The notes: a model not told the origin generated them from the letters alone. A stretch of DNA of 64,000 nucleotides from Eubacteriales bacterium (GCA_031549485.1 JAVBPR010000013.1:1007-65006); one strand, 5' to 3'; counted from the stretch's first letter, positions 29,635-39,404 are shown. Translations and numbers: made by a program.

Positions 29635-29787
29635 TTTCTCACCTCCCAAAATCATTTTACGAAAATCGAATATCAAATTCTTGACCAAAACAGCTATAAA
29701 AATAGTTTATCGTAAAAGCAATATCGCAACAAGCTGCTTTACGGTATATCCTTATGCTCGATTGATTCGAATCTTTCAGGCGTTTTA

Positions 29788-29820
29788 CAAAAAAAGAAAC
29801 CCCGTATACACAGAGTTTCT
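29788..29820 (-). terminator. Terminator downstream of tRNA-Ser
   Basis: AGAAAC....GTTTCT stem, followed on the minus strand by a T7 run. Confidence 0.65.
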
Positions 29821-29828
29821 TTTATTTG

Positions 29829-29920
29829 TGGCGGAGAGAGAGGGATTCGAACCCTCGGTGGGGTATTAGCCCACACACGATTTCCAATCGTGCGCCTTAG
29901 ACCAGCTCAGCCATCTCTCC
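29829..29920 (-). tRNA. tRNA-Ser (anticodon GGA)
   Basis: Hand-folded 92-nt class II tRNA. It has acceptor GGAGAGA/UCUCUCC, anticodon stem CACGA/UCGUG with loop UU-GGA-AA, a long variable arm, a T arm GAGGG-UUCGAAU-CCCUC, and an encoded CCA. Confidence 0.9.
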
Positions 29921-30056
29921 AAAGTCCTTTAATAGAATAACTAATTTTGCACCGGCTGTCAATATGTTAACTTTTTTTCAATTTTTTCGTCTAATATATA
30001 AATTTAAAAATTATTGGTGTATAATATCTTCATGCATTGAAAGGAATTTAAATCAT

Positions 30057-31064
30057 ATGGCAAAAAATACGCCGGCACATGTGGCGCAAAAAAATGAAAA
30101 AGATAATGTAAAAGTTAAGAATAAGCCGCTGAAAGCGCTGCTTGTTTTTCTTGTTATAATCGCAGTAATCGCGGGCGGGTTATATCTTGCCGCAAAGATT
30201 TTCATCAAACCTCCGGTGGTGATTCCGGATGATAACGACAGCGTTCCGAGCGGAACATCGGACAGGGAGAGCGGAATTTATAACATAATGCTTGTAGGGC
30301 AGGACAAAATTTCCGAAAGCACCGACACGATGATAATGGTCTCGGTTGATACGGTCAATAAAAAGGTGAATTTGCTTTCGATTCCGCGCGACACTATGGC
30401 AAACAGCGACCGAAGCAATAAAAAAATAAATGCGGCATATTCTATCGGCGGCGAAAAACAGCTTCAGGAAGAGGTCGCCGGAGTTACGGGGATTAAATTT
30501 GACCGCTATGTTCTCGTTGATTTGGCGGGATTTGTCAAGCTTGTCGACGCAATTGGCGGGATAGATATCGATGTTAAAATGAAGATGGACTATGATGATC
30601 CCGCGCAAAACCTGCATATTCACATCAAAAAGGGAATGCAGCATCTCGACGGACAAACCGCGCTTGAATTCGTGCGCTTTAGGCATGACTATGTAGACGG
30701 AAATTTGGGTCGTGTAAACGCGCAAAAGCAGTTTATCGATGCGGTTATCAAAAAAGTGCTTTCGCCTTCCACGATAGGGAAAATTCCGACTCTTGTCGAT
30801 ATCGCGAACAAAAACCTTAAAACAGATATGAGCCTTACAGAACTTCTTTGGTTTGCAAATCAAATCAAGGGAATGAATAGCGAGGACTTCGATACCCACC
30901 TTTTGCCAGGCAGAGAGGGATATTATACCAAGCTGGCTTATTACTTTGTGCTTGAGGATGAAACGTTGGAACTTGTAAACGAATTTTTCAACCCGAATCC
31001 GAAGACTCCTATAAAGAAACTTGATTTAAGATACATCGATCCGAAAAAGATTACTTGGAATTAA
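30057..31064 (+). CDS. LCP (LytR-CpsA-Psr) family protein
   Basis: It has an N-terminal TM anchor followed by LVGQD...SDTMIMVSVD...LSIPRD, the LCP-domain signature. The start was trimmed to ATG 30057. Confidence 0.88.
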   Translation: MAKNTPAHVAQKNEKDNVKVKNKPLKALLVFLVIIAVIAGGLYLAAKIFIKPPVVIPDDNDSVPSGTSDRESGIYNIMLVGQDKISESTDTMIMVSVDTVNKKVNLLSIPRDTMANSDRSNKKINAAYSIGGEKQLQEEVAGVTGIKFDRYVLVDLAGFVKLVDAIGGIDIDVKMKMDYDDPAQNLHIHIKKGMQHLDGQTALEFVRFRHDYVDGNLGRVNAQKQFIDAVIKKVLSPSTIGKIPTLVDIANKNLKTDMSLTELLWFANQIKGMNSEDFDTHLLPGREGYYTKLAYYFVLEDETLELVNEFFNPNPKTPIKKLDLRYIDPKKITWN

Positions 31065-31074
31065 ATGTTTTAAA

Positions 31075-31106
31075 AAGAAAGGCGATTTTTCGCCTTTCTT
31101 TTGTTT
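31075..31106 (+). terminator. Rho-independent terminator after the LCP gene
   Basis: AAGAAAGGCGatttttCGCCTTTCTT followed by TTG TTT. Confidence 0.85.
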
Positions 31107-31140
31107 GCCAAAATTGTTAAAAAATAATTGTTGTAAAAGG

Positions 31141-31169
31141 TTGACAAAAAGGGAATATGCCTTTATAAT
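31141..31169 (+). promoter_or_regulatory. Consensus sigma-A promoter upstream of sigH
   Basis: TTGACA, a 17-nt spacer, then TATAAT (both hexamers perfect), 40 nt upstream of the sigH start. Confidence 0.7.
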
Positions 31170-31208
31170 AAGCTTTGCACGTTCAAAGATACATCTTGGG
31201 GGGCTTTT

Positions 31209-31775
31209 GTGTCCGGATTTTCTAAGAAAACCAATCCGCGGGAAAGAGATGCAGAGCTTGTTATCCGTGCAAAAGAAGGCGATATTTCCGCTTTTACCGA
31301 AATAGTTTCGCTATACGGTAAAAAGGTGTTCGCGGCTTCGGGCAATAAAAAAGTTGCCGGTGCCGAAAAGGACGACCTTTTTCAAGAGGGAATGATTGGC
31401 CTTGTTAAAGCCGTTCGAAGCTATGATGCTTCTGCCGGCGCATCATTTAAAACCTATGCAAGCGTTTGTATTGACAACCAGATAAAATCGGCCATTACAT
31501 CCGCTTCAAGAGCAAAACATATTCCGCTAAATAATTATCTTTCGTTTGAAGGCATAGAGCTTATCGAAAACAGCAACGAGGTTACACCGGAAGATACCGT
31601 TATCGGCCATGAGCAGTTTGAAACGGGAATTCACAAGCTTTCAAAGTTTGAGCGTCAGGTTCTTCTTTTAAAACTTGAAGGTGATTCTTATTCTGTAATT
31701 GCTAAAAAGCTTGGAAAAAATGTTAAAGCTATTGAGAATGCTGTCTGCAGGGTAAAGAAAAAATTTTGTGAATAA
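31209..31775 (+). CDS. sigH: Sporulation/transition-state sigma factor SigH
   Basis: 188 aa. DLFQEGMIGLVKAVRSYD..SFKTYASVCIDNQIKSAITSASRAKHIPLNNYLS..FERQVLLLKLEGDSYSVIAKKLGKNVKAIENAVCRVKKK parallels SigH region by region. GTG start after a G-rich RBS. Confidence 0.88.
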   Translation: MSGFSKKTNPRERDAELVIRAKEGDISAFTEIVSLYGKKVFAASGNKKVAGAEKDDLFQEGMIGLVKAVRSYDASAGASFKTYASVCIDNQIKSAITSASRAKHIPLNNYLSFEGIELIENSNEVTPEDTVIGHEQFETGIHKLSKFERQVLLLKLEGDSYSVIAKKLGKNVKAIENAVCRVKKKFCE

Positions 31776-31836
31776 ACCAGCGTAATGCTGTTTTATAATA
31801 TGCCTAAATGGTAAATCAAACAAGCGAGGGAAAACA

Positions 31837-32109
31837 ATGTACGAAGACAAGACCTTAACATGCAAAGAGTGCGGCGGTGAGTTCGTATTCACAGCCGGCG
31901 AGCAGGAGTTCTACGCTGAAAGAGGATTTCAGAATGAACCGCAGAGATGCAAAAACTGCCGCGACGTAAGAAAGAACGCAGCGAGAGCAAACAGAGAAAT
32001 GTTCACTGCGACTTGCGCCGAATGCGGTGGCGAAGCTAAAGTACCGTTCGAGCCGAAAAACGATCGTCCGGTATACTGCAGCGAGTGCTACGCTAAATCT
32101 AAAGCATAA
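31837..32109 (+). CDS. Zinc-ribbon protein (CxxC-x17-CxxC type, duplicated)
   Basis: 90 aa with two CxxC..CxxC units (CKECGG..CKNC; CAECGG..CSEC). Confidence 0.75.
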   Translation: MYEDKTLTCKECGGEFVFTAGEQEFYAERGFQNEPQRCKNCRDVRKNAARANREMFTATCAECGGEAKVPFEPKNDRPVYCSECYAKSKA

Positions 32110-32141
32110 TTTTTGATTTTATAAATTGAAAATATAAGGTG

Positions 32142-32170
32142 AAAAGCGCGCCGTCTCGGCGCGCTTTTTG
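32142..32170 (+). terminator. Rho-independent terminator
   Basis: AAGCGCGCCGtctcGGCGCGCTT followed by TTTT. Confidence 0.85.
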
Positions 32171-32235
32171 TCATGCTTGATTATTTGCGATTATATTAGG
32201 TATAATATAAAAAAGCATAAAAGGAGTTTTAAAAG

Positions 32236-32445
32236 GTGAAACAGATAAATAAAGATATGATAATTGCAGAAGTGCTTGAAATCGACGCAGATCTCGCCCC
32301 GTTTTTTCTACAAATAGGTATGCACTGTCTCGGTTGTCCTTCCGCAAAAGGCGAAACTGTCGAAGAGGCTTGTTTTGTTCACGGTGAGGATTGCGATGCG
32401 CTTCTCGCGCGGATGAACGACTTTTTAAAGGCGAAGGAAAACTGA
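32236..32445 (+). CDS. DUF1858 domain protein (hybrid-cluster-protein-associated redox disulfide type)
   Basis: 69 aa. It has a GMHCLGCP motif in a short helical protein. GTG start 9 nt after AAGGAG. Confidence 0.7.
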   Translation: MKQINKDMIIAEVLEIDADLAPFFLQIGMHCLGCPSAKGETVEEACFVHGEDCDALLARMNDFLKAKEN

Positions 32446-32486
32446 TAAAACGTCCGCTTTTAAAGCGGATGTTATTCTTATATTAT

Positions 32487-33128
32487 ATGAAAAATATTAA
32501 ATTATCTAAAAGGCTGCTTTGTGCCGCAGAGCTTGTGCCGCAAGGGGCAAGGGTGGCGGATGTAGGGTGCGACCACGCTTATTTGTCGATTTATCTTATA
32601 GAGAGCGGAAGATGTGCGGCGGCAGTGGCGTCGGATATTAGAGAGGGACCGCTTTGCGCCGCCCGGAAAAATATAGAAAAATACGGTTTAGAAGACAAAA
32701 TAAAAACTGTTTTGGCAAGCGGGCTTGAAAAAACCGAGCTACCCAATATTGACGCCGTTGTTATTGCGGGAATGGGCGGCGAAATGATTAACGAAATTAT
32801 CCGGGCAAGGCTTTCGGAGCTTAATGATAAAACCTTGATTTTGCAGCCGCAAAGCAAGAAAGAAGAATTGCGCCGATTTCTTTATGAAAACGGGTTTGAA
32901 ATAAAAGATGAAAAAATCGTGTGTGAAGGGCAAAAGCTTTACAACGTAATTTTGGCGCAGTATTCGGGCAAAAAGAAGATTTACGCCATTTCTGAAAGCT
33001 ATGTTTCGCCGCCGCTTCTTAAATCCCCGTATTTGCCGCAGTATATTGAGGGAATGGTAGAACATCTTGCTAAAAACCCAAACTGCGATAAAGAACTTAT
33101 AAAAAAGTTGGAGAGCTACATAAAATGA
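32487..33128 (+). CDS. trmK: tRNA (adenine22-N1)-methyltransferase TrmK
   Basis: MKNIKLSKRL..VADVGCDHAYL..IAGMGG matches the TrmK N-terminus and SAM motifs. The longer track ORF overlapping the DUF1858 gene was rejected. Confidence 0.85.
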   Translation: MKNIKLSKRLLCAAELVPQGARVADVGCDHAYLSIYLIESGRCAAAVASDIREGPLCAARKNIEKYGLEDKIKTVLASGLEKTELPNIDAVVIAGMGGEMINEIIRARLSELNDKTLILQPQSKKEELRRFLYENGFEIKDEKIVCEGQKLYNVILAQYSGKKKIYAISESYVSPPLLKSPYLPQYIEGMVEHLAKNPNCDKELIKKLESYIK

Positions 33129-33907
33129 CTACTGTAAAAAATATTTTGGACGCGCTTTTCGCCACGGCACCGCGGGAATTTGAGCTGGAAGGCGACAACA
33201 ACGGGCTTATGATAGGAAATCCCGATAATTTTGTCACAAAGGTTCTTTTTTGCCTTGATTTAACAACGGTCATGGCCGAAAAAGCAAAAAACGAGGGGTT
33301 TGACCTTATTGTTACACATCATCCGTTTATTTTCAGACCGATAAGCGCCGTCACCTCGGAGAATTATAAAGGCAGAATTATTATGTCGCTGTCGAAATCG
33401 AACATTTCGGTCATTTCGATGCATACCAATGCCGATGCCGCCGATGGAGGCGTAAACGATAAACTCGCCGAAAAAATCGGCTTGCAAAATATTAGAAAAG
33501 GCGAAAAAACAGGCGAAGAATTTGAGAATATTCTGCGACTTGGGGAACTGCCAAGCGAATGCACAGGCAAAGAACTTTGCGAGATTTTAAAGAAGAAAAT
33601 TTTCCCTGCGCCGCTTCGCGGTCATATTGCGGATAAAATGATAAAAACGGTCGCGGTCTGCGGCGGCGCCGGAGAAGATGCGCTTTCGTATGCGACAGAA
33701 AACGGCGCGGACGCATATGTTACGTCGGATATACGAAACCATGTCATTATTGAAGCGGCCGAACGCGGAGTGACGATGATTGACGCAGGACATTATCAAA
33801 CCGAGATTTTCGGGCTTGAATTCATGCGCGACGTGGTAGAGAAAAACTTCAACGTAAAGACCGAAATATGCGATGAAATAAGAAATATTTATATCGGAGA
33901 AAACTGA
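33125..33907 (+). CDS. Nif3-like dinuclear metal centre protein (YqfO family)
   Basis: 260 aa. It has THHP and MHTNAD motifs. The trmK-nif3 gene pair is conserved in Firmicutes. Confidence 0.85.
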   Translation: MTTVKNILDALFATAPREFELEGDNNGLMIGNPDNFVTKVLFCLDLTTVMAEKAKNEGFDLIVTHHPFIFRPISAVTSENYKGRIIMSLSKSNISVISMHTNADAADGGVNDKLAEKIGLQNIRKGEKTGEEFENILRLGELPSECTGKELCEILKKKIFPAPLRGHIADKMIKTVAVCGGAGEDALSYATENGADAYVTSDIRNHVIIEAAERGVTMIDAGHYQTEIFGLEFMRDVVEKNFNVKTEICDEIRNIYIGEN

Positions 33908-33908
33908 T

Positions 33909-35591
33909 TTGGCTTTTGACAGCGCTTACATAGCCGCCATTTGCGGCGAACTCCGCGAAAAAACGGTAGGAGCAAGAATAGAAAAAATTTACCAGCCGAC
34001 AAAAGACGAGCTGGTATTTGTCGTGCGCGGAAAAGCCTACAGCGGAAAATTTTATATGTATTTCGGCGGCACGCCGAGAGCGTATCTGACCGACGAGGAG
34101 TTTCAAAATCCGCAGCAGCCGTCGAATTTCTGCATGTTTTTGCGAAAGCATCTGCAGGGCGGAAAGATTATCGACGTGCAACAGCCGCATTTTGACAGGG
34201 TTTTCGAAATTGAAATCGAGAATATGGATGAACTTCTCGATTTGCAAAAAAAGCGCGCAGTAATCGAGCTTACGGGCGCCGCATCGAATTTTATTTTGAT
34301 CGGCGAAAACGGCATTGTTTTAGATGCGCTTAAGCGAACCGAGCTTTCCGAAAACAAAAGATGCGTTTTGCCTGGTCTAAAATATCAAAGCCCAAGCGCA
34401 GGGGGCAGGACTGATCCTTTTGACGGGATAGAAGGCAGGGAATATCACGGCGCAGCGTTTGAATATATCACAGGAAATTTTTCTGGATTCTCACCGCTTG
34501 CCGCCCGTGAAATTGCCTTTAGGTGCGGCGACGGGGATCCGAGAGAGGAACTGACAAGATTTATCAGCCGGATAAAAAACGGCGAATTTGAGCTTGCGAT
34601 GTATATGGACGAAAGCGGGAGACCGGCGGAATTTTCTGCCTATACGCTTTTGCAGTACGGCGCAAAATATTCGCAAAAAAAATATGACAGCGCAAGCGCT
34701 ATGGCGGCAGAATTTTTCAGCCAAAAAAGTACGCTTGGCAGGTCATCGCAGAAAAAATCCGAGCTTCAAAAGCAGGTAAAACAGCTTGTGGCCAAGGCAG
34801 AGAAAAAACTTGCTCTGCAACTTTCGGATTATGAAAACAGCCTTGAAAGGGATAAATATAGGGTTTACGGCGAACTGCTTCAGGCGAATTTCCATTTGGC
34901 TGAAAAAGGGCAGCCTTGCGTTATCGTGGAAAATTATTATAACGAAATGCGGCCGGAAAAAATTCCGCTTGACCCTAAAAAAAGCGCGAAACAAAACGCG
35001 ACAGATTATTTCAAACGCTTTCAAAAAGCGAAAACGGCCGAAAAAATGCTCGGGGAACAGATTGAAAAGACAAAAGCGGCGCTTCAATATTTTGAAAGCG
35101 TTGCCGCGGCGCTCGAAACCTGCGAAAGCGAAAACGACCTCGAAGAAATCAGGCGCGAACTCGTTTCTGGCGGACATGCGAAAAAGGGGAAACAGGGCAA
35201 ACAAAAGCCTCCGGCATCAAAATTTGCGGTTTTTGTATCAAGCGACGGATTTCCTATTTTGGCAGGGAAAAACAATATTCAAAATGAGGAGATTTACAGC
35301 AAAATCGCTGATAAAAACGACATTTGGCTGCATGCCCAAAATATAGCCGGCAGCCATGTGGTTATTTCTTGCGAAGGGGAGGAAGTTCCGGATCGGACTC
35401 TCTATGAAGCGGCTGTCATCGCAGCGACAATGAGCAGCGGCAAAAATGCCGGCAAATTGCCGATTCAATACACAAAAATCAAAATGCTGAAAAAACCTGC
35501 GGGCTCCCCGCCGGGATATGTAACGATGAAAAGCTATAATACTTTAATTGCCGCCGGGGACGAAGAGCTACTAAATAAATTAAGAAAATAG
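33909..35591 (+). CDS. rqcH: Ribosome quality control protein RqcH (NFACT / FbpA family)
   Basis: 560 aa. It has an N-terminal NFACT-N (RIEKIYQP..DELVF), a central coiled coil, and a C-terminal NFACT-R/DUF814 (IWLHAQNIAGSHVVI). TTG start. Confidence 0.88.
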   Translation: MAFDSAYIAAICGELREKTVGARIEKIYQPTKDELVFVVRGKAYSGKFYMYFGGTPRAYLTDEEFQNPQQPSNFCMFLRKHLQGGKIIDVQQPHFDRVFEIEIENMDELLDLQKKRAVIELTGAASNFILIGENGIVLDALKRTELSENKRCVLPGLKYQSPSAGGRTDPFDGIEGREYHGAAFEYITGNFSGFSPLAAREIAFRCGDGDPREELTRFISRIKNGEFELAMYMDESGRPAEFSAYTLLQYGAKYSQKKYDSASAMAAEFFSQKSTLGRSSQKKSELQKQVKQLVAKAEKKLALQLSDYENSLERDKYRVYGELLQANFHLAEKGQPCVIVENYYNEMRPEKIPLDPKKSAKQNATDYFKRFQKAKTAEKMLGEQIEKTKAALQYFESVAAALETCESENDLEEIRRELVSGGHAKKGKQGKQKPPASKFAVFVSSDGFPILAGKNNIQNEEIYSKIADKNDIWLHAQNIAGSHVVISCEGEEVPDRTLYEAAVIAATMSSGKNAGKLPIQYTKIKMLKKPAGSPPGYVTMKSYNTLIAAGDEELLNKLRK

Positions 35592-35618
35592 AGAAGCCGA
35601 AAGGCTTCTCTATTTTTT
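35591..35618. terminator. Bidirectional terminator (rqcH / SLH gene)
   Basis: GAGAAGCCgaaaGGCTTCTC followed by TATTTTTT. Confidence 0.8.
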
Positions 35619-36839
35619 AAAAAGTGAAAAAACGCTTTTTGCTTCCGCGGCCAAATTTTTCTTGTAATCCATTGCGCGAACCGCGATAACGGCGGCTTCA
35701 GCTTTGGTTATTTTGTTTTCCGGACGGAAGGTGCCGTCGCCGTAACCGTAAAATATCCCCGCTTTTTCAAGCGCGTTTATCTGTTTTTCGGCGTACGCGG
35801 GAAGTTTGTCCGAAAATTTTCCGTTTTCTATCGGCGCGATCTCCAGAGCCGAGGCGATAATCACCGCCGCATCTGCGCGCGAAATATTTTCGTCAAGCCG
35901 AAGATTTTGATTTTCATCACCTTTAATAAGGCCTGTTTTTAGCACTGCGGCGGTTTCCTGCGCGCCGTCAATGCTTTCAGTTACCGAGGGGTTTGCGGCA
36001 TTGTCGACCGCGCTTTTGATAAGCATGGTATATTCGGCCTTGCTGAGGTTCTCATCCGGTCCGAAATATCGCTCACCGTTGATGTTTTCGCCGGTAAGAT
36101 ATCCGAGTTCAAACAGCTTTGTAACGGGATATTCGGCAAAAGTTTCTTTTATATCCGAAAAGCCGGGGGAATTTGATTTGTTTATCGAAATAACGGCGGT
36201 CGCGGTTTCGCCGCGAAGACCGTTTTCGTCCACGGCGACGAAATCAAAGCTGTCGGTGCCGGTGATATTTTCATTTGGAGAGTATACAAAGTTATTGCCG
36301 CTAACTTCCAAAGTGCCGCGACGCGGAGGAGTTACAACTTCAACGTTGCTGTTTTCGGTTATTTTTAGCGTTCCGTAGCACGAAATGTTTTTAAGCGTCT
36401 CTGCCGAAATATTTTCGGCTTTAGGGGCAAGAACATCCGGCTCGGTATAGCTTAAATTAATTATATGATTTTTCGGGCTGTCATCCTCGGTTCGGAAAAC
36501 CACGGCTGCGTTTCCCGTAAAGCCGAGGGCAGGGAGGAAAATAAGTTTTTCAAATTGCCTTTTCGGGATGCGGTCATAAAGCATGATTTCGCTTCCGCCA
36601 AGGCTCAGAGAGCCGCTTGACGCGCCAGGAAGCTCAAGTAAAACAATATGTGTCGTGTCGGGAAAATCAGAGGCTTTGAAACGGTATTCGGCGTTTTTAG
36701 GAATCGGAATTGCTGTGATGTTTTCATCGTCCACGGTTATCCTGCCGGTTGTAAGCTCGTATGCCGCAGCCAGAGGAACCGTTGCGGTATAAAAAATCAC
36801 AATGCAAAGCAGCAGGAAAAACAGTTTGTTTTTACACAT
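35610..36839 (-). CDS. Secreted protein with Ig/cadherin-like repeats and three C-terminal SLH domains
   Basis: 409 aa with a signal peptide. The C-terminal third carries three SLH-type repeats (FSDI..YPV..GYLTG; ..ISRADAAVIIASAL; FSD..GIFYGYGDGTFRPENKITKAEAAVI). Confidence 0.8.
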   Translation of the reverse strand: MCKNKLFFLLLCIVIFYTATVPLAAAYELTTGRITVDDENITAIPIPKNAEYRFKASDFPDTTHIVLLELPGASSGSLSLGGSEIMLYDRIPKRQFEKLIFLPALGFTGNAAVVFRTEDDSPKNHIINLSYTEPDVLAPKAENISAETLKNISCYGTLKITENSNVEVVTPPRRGTLEVSGNNFVYSPNENITGTDSFDFVAVDENGLRGETATAVISINKSNSPGFSDIKETFAEYPVTKLFELGYLTGENINGERYFGPDENLSKAEYTMLIKSAVDNAANPSVTESIDGAQETAAVLKTGLIKGDENQNLRLDENISRADAAVIIASALEIAPIENGKFSDKLPAYAEKQINALEKAGIFYGYGDGTFRPENKITKAEAAVIAVRAMDYKKNLAAEAKSVFSLFKK

Positions 36840-36960
36840 TTTTTTGCTCCTTATCTAAGAATTAATACCATTATTTTTTGCAATTTTGTGCATTATAGCA
36901 CTTGTAAATATTTATAAAATATGAAAAAATAGTTAAATAATAATATTAAGGAGAACAAAA

Positions 36961-38211
36961 ATGCAAAGAGAAATGATGCTGGTTATTGATTTCGGAAGCG
37001 CTAATAATCAAATTATTCCGAGAATCATAAGGGAAAACAATGTTTATTGCGAAGTTCGCGCAAGCGATATCGCAATTGACGATATAAAAGCCCTTTCGCC
37101 TGTAGGAATCGTCCTCACAGGAAAAAGGGACGCCGATTACGCCTTGCTTTCGGACAGCCTTTTTTCTCTTGGCGTTCCGATTGCAGTTCTCCCGCAGGGG
37201 ACAGAGAAGTTAGATGATAAAGTTGTTGATTTTATTAAAAACAGCTGTGTCTGCAAACAGGATTGGAACATGAAAGTATACGCGGACTTTATGATAGAAT
37301 CGCTCCGCGAAAAAATCGGCGACGGCAAGGTGCTTCTCGCATTGTCGGGCGGGGTAGACAGCTCGGTTTGTGCGATTCTTTTAAGCAAAGCGATCGGGAA
37401 AAACCTGACCTGCATTTTCGTAAATCACGGATTGATGCGCAAAAATGAGCCGCAGGAAGTCGAGGAAGCTTTTGGAAAAGGCGAGCTGAATTTTGTCCAT
37501 ATCAATGCCGAGGATAGGTTCCTTGCAAAACTTGCCGGCGTGACCGATCCGGAGAAAAAGCGCAAGATAATCGGCGAAGAATTTATTCGCGTATTTGAAG
37601 AAGAAGCAAAAAAAATCGGCAAGGTAGATTTTCTCGGGCAAGGCACTATTTACCCCGATATCATTGAATCGGGCGTGGGCGAGGCAAAGGTTGTAAAAAG
37701 CCATCATAACGTCGGTGGTCTGCCGGATTTGATTGATTTTAAAGAGCTTGTCGAGCCGCTCCGCGAACTGTTTAAGGATGAAGTCCGCCAGCTCGGAACG
37801 GTTCTCGGCTTGCCGGATTACCTTGTGTGGAGACAGCCGTTTCCGGGCCCGGGCCTTGGCGTTAGGGTTATCGGGGAAATCACTAAAGAAAGGCTTGATA
37901 CCCTAAGAGAAGCCGACGCGATATTCCGCGAGGAAATTGCGGCTGCAAACTTAAATAGAAAAATCAGCCAGTATTTTGCTGTAATCACTGATATGAAAAG
38001 CGTCGGCGTGCGAAATGAGGCAAGGGTTTATGAGTATACAATCGCCCTTCGCGCTGTAAAGACAAACGACTTTATGGCCGCCGATTGGGTGGAGATTCCA
38101 TATGAGGTTCTTAAAAAAGTCTCCAGCAGAATTACAAGTGAGGTCACCGGAGTAAACCGCGTCGTCTACGATATAACGGCAAAACCCCCCGCCACAATCG
38201 AGTGGGAATAA
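36961..38211 (+). CDS. guaA: GMP synthase with an intact ATP-pyrophosphatase/dimerisation part and a vestigial N-terminal GATase domain
   Basis: 416 aa. SGGVDSS P-loop, the downstream HHNVGGLP motif and the C-terminal ..TIEWE are canonical. The N-terminus aligns to GuaA (LVIDFGS..N.II.R.IRE..VY.E) but lacks the GICYGMQ nucleophile elbow and the His/Glu region. Confidence 0.88.
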   Translation: MQREMMLVIDFGSANNQIIPRIIRENNVYCEVRASDIAIDDIKALSPVGIVLTGKRDADYALLSDSLFSLGVPIAVLPQGTEKLDDKVVDFIKNSCVCKQDWNMKVYADFMIESLREKIGDGKVLLALSGGVDSSVCAILLSKAIGKNLTCIFVNHGLMRKNEPQEVEEAFGKGELNFVHINAEDRFLAKLAGVTDPEKKRKIIGEEFIRVFEEEAKKIGKVDFLGQGTIYPDIIESGVGEAKVVKSHHNVGGLPDLIDFKELVEPLRELFKDEVRQLGTVLGLPDYLVWRQPFPGPGLGVRVIGEITKERLDTLREADAIFREEIAAANLNRKISQYFAVITDMKSVGVRNEARVYEYTIALRAVKTNDFMAADWVEIPYEVLKKVSSRITSEVTGVNRVVYDITAKPPATIEWE

Positions 38212-38224
38212 TTAACAAAGCTAA

Positions 38225-39301
38225 ATGAAAATCGATTTACAAAAGTACGGTCTGTCTGACCGGTTTATCCAGGAAGCGACTTTATATCCGGGCTTGTTTT
38301 TAGCGCGCGTTACCGAGCAGCATCGTGAGCTTTATAAAGTCGCGACCGAAAATGGAGAACTGTCTGCCGGCGTTTCGGGAAAATTTATTTATCGAGCGGA
38401 TTATCAGTCGGATTTTCCGGCGGTCGGAGATTTTGTCATGATTGACCGCATTGAAAAGGAAGCCGGAAACGCTGTTATACACCATATCCTGCAAAGAAAG
38501 AGTTTGCTCACGCGGCAGGGTGCAGGCAAAGAAAGCTCCGAGCAGATAATCGCGGCGAACGTCGACACGATTTTTATCTGCATGTCGCTAAATAACGATT
38601 TTAATATTAGGCGAATCGAGCGGTATTTAACTATTGCATGGGACAGCAGGGCAACTCCGGTTATCGTGCTGACCAAATCAGATTTATGTGATAATTTAGA
38701 GCAAAAGCTAAAAGAAGTTGCTTCGGTCAGTATCGGCGTTGACGTTATTGTCTGCTCTTCCGAAAGCAAGGATGGTTACAACGCTGTCAGCGAATATATC
38801 AAACCGTTTGAAACAATTGTTTTTATCGGTTCTTCAGGTGTCGGGAAGTCAACCTTGATAAATCGGCTTATCGGAAATGACGCGCTTGAAATCGGGGAAA
38901 TAAGAAAAAATGACGATAAAGGAAGGCATACAACCACGCATCGTCAGATGCTGCTGCTTCCAAATGGCGGAATCGTTATTGATACGCCGGGCATGCGCGA
39001 GCTCCAAATTTTCACCGGCGATCTGTCAAAAACGTTCGAAGATATTGAAAAACTTGCCGCAGGCTGTAAATATAAAAACTGCTCTCATGGAAACGAGCCC
39101 GGATGTATGGTCAGAAAGGCGATTGAAGATAATATTTTATCCGCAAACCGCTTCGAAAGTTATCAAAAATTGCAGCGCGAAAGCTCATATGAGGGATTAA
39201 ATTCACGCCAGCTTGAAAACGAAAAACTTAAAAGAATGTTCGGCGGAAAAGGCGAGATGAAGCAAATGCGCGATTTTATAAAAAACAAAAAGCACAAATG
39301 A
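38225..39301 (+). CDS. rsgA: Ribosome small-subunit-dependent GTPase A
   Basis: 358 aa. It has circularly permuted GTPase motifs (TKSDL, GSSGVGKSTLINRL, DTPGMRE) and a C-terminal zinc knuckle (CKYKNCSHGNEPGC). Confidence 0.93.
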   Translation: MKIDLQKYGLSDRFIQEATLYPGLFLARVTEQHRELYKVATENGELSAGVSGKFIYRADYQSDFPAVGDFVMIDRIEKEAGNAVIHHILQRKSLLTRQGAGKESSEQIIAANVDTIFICMSLNNDFNIRRIERYLTIAWDSRATPVIVLTKSDLCDNLEQKLKEVASVSIGVDVIVCSSESKDGYNAVSEYIKPFETIVFIGSSGVGKSTLINRLIGNDALEIGEIRKNDDKGRHTTTHRQMLLLPNGGIVIDTPGMRELQIFTGDLSKTFEDIEKLAAGCKYKNCSHGNEPGCMVRKAIEDNILSANRFESYQKLQRESSYEGLNSRQLENEKLKRMFGGKGEMKQMRDFIKNKKHK

Positions 39302-39404
39302 AAATATAAAAACTTAATCGGTTTATACAAATAACAACACCCCGGGCGATTGCCCGGGGTGTTGCTATATTTATCAGTAAATTATATTACTCTTACGCTC
39401 AAAA
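39295..39404 (+). repeat. 110-bp direct repeat, copy A (rsgA stop region + bidirectional terminator + last ~7 codons of serA)
   Basis: By manual alignment it is identical to 41237-41346 except for 3 mismatches. Confidence 0.95.
39335..39364. terminator. Bidirectional terminator hairpin (copy in repeat A)
   Basis: CAACACCCCGGGCgattGCCCGGGGTGTTG, 13-bp stem. Confidence 0.8.

Noticed and set aside
32391-32486. N-terminal extension of trmK overlapping the DUF1858 gene; likewise 44009-44128 for the RsbW-like kinase and 29964-30056 for the LCP gene
   Set aside because: The extensions overlap upstream genes or terminator hairpins and lack an RBS. The internal starts reproduce the expected family N-termini.
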